64,000 nucleotides of DNA. Source: an uncultured virus (IMG/VR IMGVR_UViG_3300046747_000190) (lineage: Duplodnaviria > Heunggongvirae > Uroviricota > Caudoviricetes). Below are positions 53,667 to 62,125 of the stretch, piece by piece. The notes under the pieces are model-generated. The model did no database searches and had not been told where the DNA came from. It saw nothing but the letters and a program-made list of their open reading frames with translations. Where the stretch lies: IMG/VR virus record IMGVR_UViG_3300046747_000190. One strand, 5' to 3'. The position numbers and the translations under genes are program-made. Every line of letters starts with the position of its first letter. Within the stretch, counting starts at the first letter, position 1.

Positions 53667-53833
53667 GAGGCCCTCCGGGCTCTCGCTTCTTCGGCGAGCG
53701 CGACGGTGAGCTGATAGCTTTCGAATGAAAGAACCCCGAAGCTACGGAGCGCTTCTCGATTGCGGGCTCTGAGGTCGAGCGCCAGGCCGTGGCGGGGGCT
53801 CGCTGGGAGGATGGTGGTTGGCGTGTCGAGCAT
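53663..53833 (-). CDS. First gene of the leftward early operon, hypothetical
   Basis: ATG at 53833, 7 nt downstream of a TAAGCT -10 box. Confidence 0.55.
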   Translation of the reverse strand: MLDTPTTILPASPRHGLALDLRARNREALRSFGVLSFESYQLTVALAEEARARRAS

Positions 53834-53836
53834 ATT

Positions 53837-53869
53837 CAGAAGCTTAAGCACGCTTACGACGCTGGGCAA
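53837..53869 (-). promoter_or_regulatory. Leftward early promoter/operator (PL-like)
   Basis: TTGCCC-17 bp-TAAGCT; contains AAGCGTGCTTAAGCTTCTG. Confidence 0.7.
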
Positions 53870-53900
53870 GACTTTTCTTAAGCCCGCTTTCGCTTTTCTC

Positions 53901-54401
53901 CTAACCCTGCGGACCGACTAGCGCTTTCGGCCTGACCCTGGACCCTAGCTTGCCCTCCCACTTGAGCCAGACGGCTGCTAAGTCATGGCAGACGGCGGGG
54001 GTGAGGGACGGCCACGCCTCCGGGATCGACGTCCGCGCCAGCGCGGCGACGACCCAAGGCGAGAGCTCGTATTCACGCGCTGCATGCTCAAGCGCCGCCA
54101 TCGACGTTGGATCGCTGCCGATCGTCCGCATTCCCTCATCAGGGGCATGGCCCCCTGTAATTCCCAGTGATAGCCCGCTTCCCAGCTTCGCCGCAATACG
54201 TCGACACGTGTCCAGGCTGAGCCGAGTTCGTCGGCTCAGCAATTGGGACACGGCCGAGCCGCTGATCCCGAGTTCACGGCCAACCGCGGCACCATTGGAG
54301 TCCGCTTTCTGGTACCTCTCCTCGAGGAGCAATCGGAACGGCTCGGCCTCCTCGGCAGTCAGCTGATTCGGATTCCTGGAGCGCTTCCTTCCTGCAGCCA
54401 T
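53901..54401 (-). CDS. CI-like XRE HTH repressor
   Basis: NGAAVGRELGISGSAVSQLLSRRTRLSLDTCRRIA; divergent from a Cro-like gene; no S24 peptidase domain seen. Confidence 0.82.
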   Translation of the reverse strand: MAAGRKRSRNPNQLTAEEAEPFRLLLEERYQKADSNGAAVGRELGISGSAVSQLLSRRTRLSLDTCRRIAAKLGSGLSLGITGGHAPDEGMRTIGSDPTSMAALEHAAREYELSPWVVAALARTSIPEAWPSLTPAVCHDLAAVWLKWEGKLGSRVRPKALVGPQG

Positions 54402-54431
54402 GCTCGAATCGTGGTCATGACTCAAGTGCGC

Positions 54432-54465
54432 TTGACAGCCCTCCGGAAGCGTGCTTAAGCTTCTG
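54432..54465 (+). promoter_or_regulatory. Rightward early promoter/operator (PR-like)
   Basis: TTGACA-18 bp-TAAGCT; contains the identical 19-mer AAGCGTGCTTAAGCTTCTG. Confidence 0.75.
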
Positions 54466-54469
54466 GAAG

Positions 54470-54784
54470 ATGAGCCGAGAGGAAGTGAAGACGCCCGGGC
54501 GGGAACTCCTGAAAGCGTGGGTCTCCGAGAGGGACCGGGGCTCACAGGCGAAGCTCGCGGAACGCCTTGGGGTCTCCGAGCAGCTGATCAGCCAGTGGCG
54601 GTCGGGAGCCTGTCGCCCAGGCTCGATCTACCGGGACGCACTCGAGGCGGCGACCGGGATCGAGCCCCACCAATGGGAGACGGACAAGGAGCGCGAGCAG
54701 CGGAAGCGAGCGCTCACCGGCCCTGCTCCCGTGGCGGCTACGGACGAATCCGAGCACCGAGAGCCCAAGCAGGGGGCGGCATGA
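54470..54784 (+). CDS. Cro-like HTH protein
   Basis: SQAKLAERLGVSEQLISQWRSGACRP...LEAATGI. Confidence 0.88.
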   Translation: MSREEVKTPGRELLKAWVSERDRGSQAKLAERLGVSEQLISQWRSGACRPGSIYRDALEAATGIEPHQWETDKEREQRKRALTGPAPVAATDESEHREPKQGAA

Positions 54785-54789
54785 GGCCC

Positions 54790-55275
54790 CTACGGATTCG
54801 TCCACTCGTTCGGCACCCAGCCGCTCGCGCCGGCGTGCGGTCCGTCGAGGACTCGGACCTTCGTGACCATCAGTCTGGTCTCCAGTCGAGTGCAACGGGC
54901 GCCCGCATCGAGCCCGATCGCGCCGTTGGCGTTGTAGGCAACGACCGACGCGGCGTTGTCGTCCTTGACCATGGCGGTCGTCCACTCGTCGAGGCCGGCT
55001 TCGGTAGGGAACAGGGGCAGGACGTCGGCGCCGGGGGCTCGGAGGACACACTTCAGCGTCGGAGCAGCCAGAGGAGCGGACACCGCGGGGAGCGGGCTGG
55101 CGACCGGTACGACGGCGACGGTGGCGGCAATCTTCGGAGCGGGCGACGCGGGAGCGGAAGAGCTGGCTCGTGCAGCGGGTCTCGGACTGACGAGCGCGAC
55201 GACGACCAGCACGGCGAAGAGTCCGAGGAGCGTCGCGACGGCGTAGAGCACGAGCTTCAGGAGCCGCTTGGCCAT
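54790..55275 (-). CDS. Membrane-anchored protein with SH3-like C-terminus
   Basis: N-terminal TM segment, Ala/Pro linker, KVRVLDGPHAGASGWVP. Confidence 0.7.
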   Translation of the reverse strand: MAKRLLKLVLYAVATLLGLFAVLVVVALVSPRPAARASSSAPASPAPKIAATVAVVPVASPLPAVSAPLAAPTLKCVLRAPGADVLPLFPTEAGLDEWTTAMVKDDNAASVVAYNANGAIGLDAGARCTRLETRLMVTKVRVLDGPHAGASGWVPNEWTNP

Positions 55276-55395
55276 CTGATCGACAGACGCTATCAGGCCG
55301 GCGAGCCACGGAGAACTGCGCGGGCGTTCTGTCGAGGGAATCGGCTGGCGAGGGCAGGACTGACGTGACTGCTGCCCCGTCCAACGGACTGACCC

Positions 55396-55911
55396 ATGGG
55401 TGATCTCTTCTGGTTCCGTCTGGAACTCGATGGCTCGGCCAAGGTCATCTCGTGCGTGAAGGTGATCGCCGCCGGCACCTCCGAGGGAGGCGTGTTCTAC
55501 GTTCCCGCGCGCAATGCGGAGAGCGCCGCAAAGCTCGCCTACAACGCCCACAACGCCGCGCTCCTCCGAGCTCGTCGCGCGCAGTACGCCAAGGAGGGCC
55601 GCTGTCGCTGCGGACGTCCGCAGCCCGAGCGCGCCGCGAATGACCCGCGCCTCGGAGAGAAGCGCTGCGACGTGTGTCTCAAGAAGCAATCCGAGCACAA
55701 CAAGCGCCGCGCGCTCCGGGAGAAAGGCGTCGACATCCCCAAGCCGGACCGACGCACCGCGATCGCGGCTAGAAGGGTGGAAGAGGCGGACATCCTGCGT
55801 CTCTCCGTTCTCAAAGAGGTCGATGAGGTCTGGCGCGCGAAGGGCGCTGTCGGGCTTCGGATCTGGCTTCGCAAGGAGCTCGCGCGTCTCTCGAAGGGTC
55901 GGGCAGCATGA
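55396..55911 (+). CDS. Hypothetical protein with zinc-binding motif
   Basis: GRCRCG..CDVCL; ATGA-coupled downstream. Confidence 0.7.
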   Translation: MGDLFWFRLELDGSAKVISCVKVIAAGTSEGGVFYVPARNAESAAKLAYNAHNAALLRARRAQYAKEGRCRCGRPQPERAANDPRLGEKRCDVCLKKQSEHNKRRALREKGVDIPKPDRRTAIAARRVEEADILRLSVLKEVDEVWRAKGAVGLRIWLRKELARLSKGRAA

Positions 55912-56102
55912 GGTTCTTCCTCTTCGGGTTCATTCCGATGGCCATCGTCACAGCGATCGTGACGCTTGGGCTCATCGTCGAGCGTGACTGGCAAGCTGGC
56001 GGCTACGACGGCATCGCGCTCGCTTGCTGGTACGTCGTCCCGGCCGCAGTCGTGGGCGCAGCGGTGAGCATGGGCGTGCTCGCATGGAGGCGCTGCCGAT
56101 GA
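55908..56102 (+). CDS. Small two-TM membrane protein
   Basis: Two hydrophobic segments; coupled at both ends. Confidence 0.6.
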   Translation: MRFFLFGFIPMAIVTAIVTLGLIVERDWQAGGYDGIALACWYVVPAAVVGAAVSMGVLAWRRCR

Positions 56103-56614
56103 CCATTCCGCCGCCAATTGTCCTCGCGATCTTGCTCTCCAGGCCCCCCTATTACGGCGACCGCAACGAACTCGCAGCGGAACGCGAGTCACGACTTGCC
56201 ATCGTCGCCGAGGCCATATCGCTCGCCGCGCGGAGCCGCTCAGAGGTGGCCATCCTAGTTGCGCTGGGCGAACATGAAACGGGATTCGGAGCGCTCGTGC
56301 AGCTCGGCCGGTGTGACGAGATGCCGAGCGGCCAGCGGTGCGACGGCGGGAAAGCGCGAGGCCCATGGCAGTTGCACATCGAAGCCTGTAGAGCAGCGTT
56401 TGCTCTTCCAGAGGGCAGCTCCGACTCGATTCGCACTGAGGCTCAATGCGCGATTTCTCTCTTGCGCTGGAACGCTGAGCGCGGGAAGTCGCATACTCTG
56501 ACTCCGCAACGCGCTGCGTTTTGCGGGTACGCAGGGAAGCCGTGGTCGTGGGTGGGGGCGGAGGTTAGGGAGCGGACTGCGAAGCGCATCCTGGCGAGTT
56601 GGGGGCGTCCATGA
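56099..56614 (+). CDS. Lysozyme-fold / lytic transglycosylase-like protein
   Basis: LVALGEHETGF (catalytic Glu helix) and ARGPWQLH (GxxQ motif). Confidence 0.6.
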   Translation: MTIPPPIVLAILLSRPPYYGDRNELAAERESRLAIVAEAISLAARSRSEVAILVALGEHETGFGALVQLGRCDEMPSGQRCDGGKARGPWQLHIEACRAAFALPEGSSDSIRTEAQCAISLLRWNAERGKSHTLTPQRAAFCGYAGKPWSWVGAEVRERTAKRILASWGRP

Positions 56615-56880
56615 AGCTCCCTGCATTCATCGGGAACATTCAAATCCGCACCCTCATCGTGCCGTTCTGGATGGTCAACGCTTTCTATTGGGGCCTCATG
56701 TTGGGCAGATGTACCGGAGCGGACGAGGAGCGGGCGCGCCATCAGTGCCACTCAACCGATACACGGCCATGCGCGTTCGGTCCTGGGATAGTCGGACGAC
56801 AGGAATGCAGCTGGTTCGACGAGTGGCGCCGGTGCGAACCCGATCCGAAATACCGCGTGCCGGCGGAGGCCAGCCCATGA
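56611..56880 (+). CDS. Small membrane protein with Cys-rich tail
   Basis: TM segment, then C....TRPC..GPG..GRQEC...W..C. Confidence 0.6.
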   Translation: MKLPAFIGNIQIRTLIVPFWMVNAFYWGLMLGRCTGADEERARHQCHSTDTRPCAFGPGIVGRQECSWFDEWRRCEPDPKYRVPAEASP

Positions 56881-57183
56881 TGCGCCCCGTCCGCTTCCGC
56901 CTGTGGGCCCTCGCATTCGACGCCTGCAGCGTGTTCGGCCTTCCCTTCCCGTGGGCCCTTCGGTGCGTGCGCGGGATGTCGGACGCCACAGACTGGAGGG
57001 ACGCGTGATGTACCGCGTCGAACTCCTCCAGCCAGGCTACCCCGACGCCATCATCCTCCGCTTCGAGGCGGCGGACCCGGATGCCGCTCAACGGATTGCG
57101 AGTGACGTCGTGCCGAAGGCGCACCGGGGGCGGTGTCGCGTTGTCGCGGATGAGACGAACGGAAGCAACCGAAAGGCCGCACA

Positions 57184-57480
57184 ATGAATCGCGAAGACTA
57201 CCTGCGCAAGATGGCCGAACTCAGCATCGACGCCACGCCGGACGAGCTCCGGGTGCTCGTCGCTCTTGCGGAACGGCTCAAAGCCGGACGCGTCGCTTAC
57301 GGGCCACTCGTCGTCGCGACGGACCGCCGCGATTGGGATCGGGAGATGCGTGACGAGCTCCTCGACGCCATCGTCTACGGCACGATCGGGGAGATGGCGA
57401 CGGCCGCCCAGCAGAGGGCCCACGCGGAAACACTCCCGCCCCCTCGCGCCGAAGCCATCACCATCCCGGAGGTCGCATGA
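57184..57480 (+). CDS. Hypothetical protein
   Basis: G...YG.L, RDW..E..DELLDAIVY (all-alpha NTP pyrophosphatase-like). Confidence 0.6.
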   Translation: MNREDYLRKMAELSIDATPDELRVLVALAERLKAGRVAYGPLVVATDRRDWDREMRDELLDAIVYGTIGEMATAAQQRAHAETLPPPRAEAITIPEVA

Positions 57481-57589
57481 AGACCGCCGCCAAATGGATC
57501 GCCATCGCCATCGGCGCGGGCATCGCGCTCGCCGCCATTGCACGCGGGCTGCTCGAGATGGCGTTTGATCATGAGATTCGAGGTGGCTG

Positions 57590-58183
57590 GTGAACCCGTT
57601 TTCGGTGCTGGTGGCTGATCCCCCGTGGAGCTTTTCCGATCGCCTCCCGGGCAAGACGCGCGGCGCGGCGAAGAATTATGCGACCCTCTCGCTCGCAGAG
57701 ATCGAAGGCTTCGCGCTGCCGCCGATCGCCGACGACGCGCTGCTTTTCCTCTGGCGCGTCTCTGCAATGGTGCCCGAGGCCTACGCAATAGCGAAGGCGT
57801 GGGGGTTCACGCCGAAGGCGGAGATCGTCTGGATCAAGACCGAGAAGAGCGGCGTCCGACATTTTGGCATGGGTAGAACCGTTCGCAATTCCCATGAGAC
57901 GTGCATCATCGCGCGCCGCGGGAAGTCGATCGTTCGTAGCCACTCGGTCAAGTCGGTCTTCGAGGCGCCGATCCGCGGCCATTCGGAGAAACCAGAGGCC
58001 TTCTATTGCCTGGTCGAAAAGCTCGCGCCAGGGCCGTATGTTGAGATGTTTGCGCGCCGCGAACGCAGGGGATGGACGTGCATGGGGGACGAGATCGAAC
58101 CCAGCGATTGCGTGCCTCCGCTCATCGATCCCGCGTCGCCTGACGGTCCGCTGCCTGGCTGGCGAGCAGAAGAGGCACGGTGA
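57590..58183 (+). CDS. MT-A70 family N6-adenine methyltransferase
   Basis: VLVADPPW, LFLW, AWGF, VWIK, GMG, HSEKPE, EMFAR..R.GW...GDE. Confidence 0.93.
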   Translation: MNPFSVLVADPPWSFSDRLPGKTRGAAKNYATLSLAEIEGFALPPIADDALLFLWRVSAMVPEAYAIAKAWGFTPKAEIVWIKTEKSGVRHFGMGRTVRNSHETCIIARRGKSIVRSHSVKSVFEAPIRGHSEKPEAFYCLVEKLAPGPYVEMFARRERRGWTCMGDEIEPSDCVPPLIDPASPDGPLPGWRAEEAR

Positions 58184-58186
58184 CGA

Positions 58187-58480
58187 ATGTCTCAGCCGCC
58201 CGCGCTCGTCACCCGTCTGGCTCCGGAGGATCGAGATCCGAACGGAAGCGTTCGGGTCCGATTCTGCGCGAGCTGCTTCATGTTCCATCCGATTCGGTGC
58301 TTTCACCGCGATCGGTCGCAGCGCGGCGGCTACCGATACACCTGCAAAATGTACCGCAGCGAAACACGGCGCTCGCTTGCCAAACCGTGCGAACGGTGCG
58401 GCGGCAAGCGCGGGCGCTGGCACCGATGTTCGCCGTCTGCTGGCTCGGACTCTTCGCCGCCCGACGACACCTCGCCCTAG
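58187..58480 (+). CDS. Cys-rich hypothetical protein
   Basis: CASC, CERCGG. Confidence 0.5.
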   Translation: MSQPPALVTRLAPEDRDPNGSVRVRFCASCFMFHPIRCFHRDRSQRGGYRYTCKMYRSETRRSLAKPCERCGGKRGRWHRCSPSAGSDSSPPDDTSP

Positions 58481-58538
58481 CCCGCGCCGCCCTCAAGATT
58501 CACGTCTGATCGAAACCGAGACCCAGGAGGACACGAGA

Positions 58539-59243
58539 ATGAACAGCACGGCAAATGGAGTGGCCATCAGCGGCCCAGAGTTACGAGCCCTTTTGAAGTT
58601 TGCATCGAAGGAAGAGGCCGATCGAGACAAGTATGGAGTTCAGGTCGTCATCAAAGGCGAGAAGGTCTGGGCGCGCGCGACGAACGGGCAAGTCTCGCTC
58701 GAGCTGAACGGCATCTCCGACACGCGGCACGCGGACGGCGAGTGGTTCGTCCACCGCGACTTCCTGGTTCGGGGCGGCAAGCTCATCACCGGCGAAAAAG
58801 CGGTCCTCCGATTGGAGTTCTCTGGCTCAAGCCTGAACCGCGCGCTCGTCGAGCAGAACGACGTGGAGATCGCGTCCATGGAGGTGCCGGCCGACGCGGC
58901 CGTCGCGCAGGTCTCGTTCCCTGCGGTCGACAAGCAGGTGAAGCTGCCGGCGCGCAGTCGCACGGTCGCGCATTGCTCGGCGCTTGCCGGCGCGCATGCC
59001 GCGCTCCTCGAACTCGTACAGGATGCGTGCGGGGTCGAGCACTGCGACCTCTATCCGCCGAAGGATCCAGACGCCCACTGGGTCTTCGTGTGCGCCGATC
59101 AGGGCGCGACGACCGCGCAAGGGACGCTCCGTCCGATGATCTCGATGGCCGCTACGGCCGGCGACGGTCACGAGGAAGATGACGCTCCCAAGGGCAAGCG
59201 CGGACGAAAAAACAGCGACGCCCAGCAGGAGATCGCACACTGA
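58539..59243 (+). CDS. DNA polymerase III beta-clamp-like protein
   Basis: AGGAGG RBS; FASKEEADR...GV....VWARATNG resembles the clamp R..L.GV...VATDG motif; FP. Confidence 0.5.
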   Translation: MNSTANGVAISGPELRALLKFASKEEADRDKYGVQVVIKGEKVWARATNGQVSLELNGISDTRHADGEWFVHRDFLVRGGKLITGEKAVLRLEFSGSSLNRALVEQNDVEIASMEVPADAAVAQVSFPAVDKQVKLPARSRTVAHCSALAGAHAALLELVQDACGVEHCDLYPPKDPDAHWVFVCADQGATTAQGTLRPMISMAATAGDGHEEDDAPKGKRGRKNSDAQQEIAH

Positions 59244-59800
59244 TGACCGAACCGCTCCGCCTCGTCCTCTACCGCGAGCCGAAGCGTCGGAGCGTGGGCC
59301 CCATGCCGTTCTCCGTGCCATCCGCGATCAAGCGGGCGGACGAGATCCTAGCGGGCCCGTGCGCCGGCCATTTGCCGCGCGTGGCTGGTCGAGGCGAGCG
59401 GATCGCGCGCTTCGTTTTGCCTCTCGAGCTCCTGCCGACCACGAACAGGACGCGCGGAGCCCAGCCGTGGGTGCTCGGCGCGTTGAAAGAGAAAGTGTTC
59501 AAACTCATGTGGCTCCAACATCCCAGCATTCGAGCTACGCCGCTCCCGGGACGGCCGCAAATCCGCGCCGTCCGGTTCTCGACGAGCGAGCCCGATGCGC
59601 TCGCCGACTGGCCGAAGATCGCCATTGATTGCCTGGCGGTGCCGCGCCCACCGAAGAAGCTCGGCGGCAGGTCCAAGAAGGGGCTCGGGCTCATCAGGGA
59701 CGATGCGCCGAGGTTCGTCGACATCGCCCAGCCATGGTGGGAGCGGGCTCGGCAGCGCGAGGGCCTGGCGTTGATTGAAGTGTGGAGTGGGACGCCATGA
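59243..59800 (+). CDS. RusA-like Holliday junction resolvase
   Basis: EPDALADWPKIAIDCL, GLIRDDA, C-terminal LIEV. Confidence 0.7.
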   Translation: MTEPLRLVLYREPKRRSVGPMPFSVPSAIKRADEILAGPCAGHLPRVAGRGERIARFVLPLELLPTTNRTRGAQPWVLGALKEKVFKLMWLQHPSIRATPLPGRPQIRAVRFSTSEPDALADWPKIAIDCLAVPRPPKKLGGRSKKGLGLIRDDAPRFVDIAQPWWERARQREGLALIEVWSGTP

Positions 59801-60219
59801 GCACACTCGCAGCACAAACCCCATGGGCGGAGCGTCGCTCGTCTCGCCACGATGAGATGTGCGCGGCCGTCGCTGCGCATCCCGGGCGCCTCTTCCACGG
59901 CTTCACTGGCGAGGTTGGAGCGACCGTCGAGGCTCCATGCGGGGCCGGCTTCATCGACGTCCTAGCGGCCACGGTGGGCCCACCCGAAGAGGTACGCGTC
60001 GCGCTCGTTGAGGTGAAGACCCGGAATGAGGCGAGCAGCGCCGGCGACATCCTCCGTCAGCTCAAGTGGTACGAACAGAGAATGCCGTTAGACGCGCCTG
60101 TGCGCCTCGTCCTGGTCGTCGAGAACGAGGGGGCCATGCCGCCCGCGATGCTCGCTCTCCTGCTCCACGAGGGCGTCGAGGTGCTGCCGATTCACTATTT
60201 CGAGAAGGTCGCGGAATGA
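59797..60219 (+). CDS. PD-(D/E)XK endonuclease
   Basis: E....G.IDVLA, LVEVK, QL..Y. Confidence 0.75.
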   Translation: MSTLAAQTPWAERRSSRHDEMCAAVAAHPGRLFHGFTGEVGATVEAPCGAGFIDVLAATVGPPEEVRVALVEVKTRNEASSAGDILRQLKWYEQRMPLDAPVRLVLVVENEGAMPPAMLALLLHEGVEVLPIHYFEKVAE

Positions 60220-61109
60220 GCTGGGTAAAGCTCGATGACGCGGCTTACGAGCACACGAAACTGCTAGCAGTGGGCGCGGCGGCGTCTTGGCTCTGGGTTT
60301 GCGGGCTGTCCTACTGCAACAGGCAGAAGCGCCGCGATGGTTTCATCCCGTTGACCAAGGTCGCATTGCTGTATCCAGGCGTCGGCCCGAAGCAGGCGAA
60401 GCGGCTTGTGGATGCCGGTCTCTGGGAGAGCACGAGCGGAGGGTTTCTGATCCACGGCTATCATGAATACCAACCTTCTGAAGAGTTCTCCGAACTCCAA
60501 TCTGTGCGAGGCGCGATAGGTGGGTCTGTCAAGTCGGAAGCGAAGCGCCAAGCTGCTATTGAGCGTGAGGCCAAAAGACGGAAAGCACAAGCCGAAGCAG
60601 AAGCCGCTAACCACAAGCCGGCTTCTGCTAACCGACCACAACAACCACAAGCCTCTCCCGGCCCGGCCCGGCCCGATCCCGGCCCGAGAGAGAAGATCCC
60701 CCTACCCCCAACCGAACCAGCCAGACCCAAACCGGCAGATCCGATGGCGGCGGCTTTCCTGCCGATTGGCGAGGATATCGCTCGAATTCACGAGCGCTGG
60801 AAGCTCTCGACCGGGCTGACAGGCCATCGGCTCAAGAGTCCGACAAGCTTGGATTCCATGACACTTCGCGAGGCCATCGACGCTCACGGCGAGTCCGAGT
60901 GCCTGCTCGTAGCGGAGGCTTGCATGCGCGACCGGATGGTCAACGGAGAGGCCGACGAGCGGGGGCTGGACCATCGGTCGATCGGCTACGTCTTCGGTAA
61001 CGAGACGGCCTTCGCCAGAATCCTGAAGGCCGCCCAGGACTCGAAACCACCCGCTGCGGTGCCGGCCGAGGACCCATTCGAGGCCGCCATGAGGGCGACG
61101 CCGCCATGA
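60216..61109 (+). CDS. Replication initiator-like protein
   Basis: MSWVKLDD...H.KL, LW..GL.YC....DGFIP, LVDAGLW...IHGY.EYQ; central low-complexity repeat region; precedes primase and helicase. Confidence 0.75.
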   Translation: MSWVKLDDAAYEHTKLLAVGAAASWLWVCGLSYCNRQKRRDGFIPLTKVALLYPGVGPKQAKRLVDAGLWESTSGGFLIHGYHEYQPSEEFSELQSVRGAIGGSVKSEAKRQAAIEREAKRRKAQAEAEAANHKPASANRPQQPQASPGPARPDPGPREKIPLPPTEPARPKPADPMAAAFLPIGEDIARIHERWKLSTGLTGHRLKSPTSLDSMTLREAIDAHGESECLLVAEACMRDRMVNGEADERGLDHRSIGYVFGNETAFARILKAAQDSKPPAAVPAEDPFEAAMRATPP

Positions 61110-62125
61110 CGACGACCCGTCCGGACTACGCCCGCGAGGTGCGCTCGGCGCTCTCGGACCCGGTCCGGTTGTGCGTCGGGCTAGGTCTCGAGAAGGGCGC
61201 GCAGCGTCAGTCGAGGGGGCTGCTGGTGTGCTGTCCGGTGCACGGGGAACGCAACCCATCGTGCTCTGTGACACCCGGCCCGGACGGGACGGCGCGGGTC
61301 CGTTGCTTCGCCTGTGACTTCTCCGGAGACGCGCTAACACTGATCGCCGTCGTCCTAGGAATGAATCTCCGGCTCGCCGACGACTTCCGCGAGGTGCTTG
61401 CTGAGGGCGCAAGGATCGCCGGTCACCTGTCGCTCGAGGCGGAGATTCGAGACGGTCGGGCGTCGCAGAACCGCCGACCTGTCGACCCGCCGAAGCCGGC
61501 CCCGGAACGAGACTATCCGCCGCGTGAAGATGTCCATGATCTCTGGTCCGGAGGGAGCGCACCGGCAGACGATCCAGAGGCGAGCGGATATCTGGTGCGT
61601 CGGCTGCTCGATCCTCAACTCGTCACGGAGCGTGGGCTCGCACGTGTCATCGCCGACCCGCTGCCGTCTTGGGCGAGCTATCGCCGCTCGAGCTGGGAGG
61701 AAACGGGACATCGGTTGATCGTCCGTGCCTTCGACGCGACCGGTCGGATGCGGAGCGTGCGTGCCATGCGTATCCGAGACGGCGAGAGCCCCAAGCGTCT
61801 GCCACCGGGAGGTTTCAAGGCGGCGGAGCTCGCGCTGCTCAACGCATCGGCGTGGAGGATGCTGCGCGGCGAGAAGACAGCTCGCGTCGTTGTGATCGTA
61901 GAGGGCGAGCCCGACTGGCTGACATGGAGCACACGCATCGAAGAACCGGTCGTCGGGATCCTGACCGGTACGTGGACGCCCGCGTTCGCCATGGCGATCC
62001 CGAGGATGGCGACCGTGACAATTCGGACCCACACGGACGACGCCGGCAATCGTTACGCGCAAACAGTGATCGAATCTCTGGACGGCAAGAGGAATCTGCG
62101 TCGCGCCACCCCGGAGGCTGCATGA
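61106..62125 (+). CDS. DNA primase (CHC2 zinc finger + TOPRIM)
   Basis: CPVHGERNPSC...CFAC..SGD; IVEGEPD; DDAG. Confidence 0.88.
   Translation: MTTTRPDYAREVRSALSDPVRLCVGLGLEKGAQRQSRGLLVCCPVHGERNPSCSVTPGPDGTARVRCFACDFSGDALTLIAVVLGMNLRLADDFREVLAEGARIAGHLSLEAEIRDGRASQNRRPVDPPKPAPERDYPPREDVHDLWSGGSAPADDPEASGYLVRRLLDPQLVTERGLARVIADPLPSWASYRRSSWEETGHRLIVRAFDATGRMRSVRAMRIRDGESPKRLPPGGFKAAELALLNASAWRMLRGEKTARVVVIVEGEPDWLTWSTRIEEPVVGILTGTWTPAFAMAIPRMATVTIRTHTDDAGNRYAQTVIESLDGKRNLRRATPEAA

Noticed and set aside
57590..60219. Restriction-modification pair (MT-A70 + PD-(D/E)XK nuclease)
   Set aside because: The genes are separated by three unrelated ORFs within a replication operon; orphan functions are more likely
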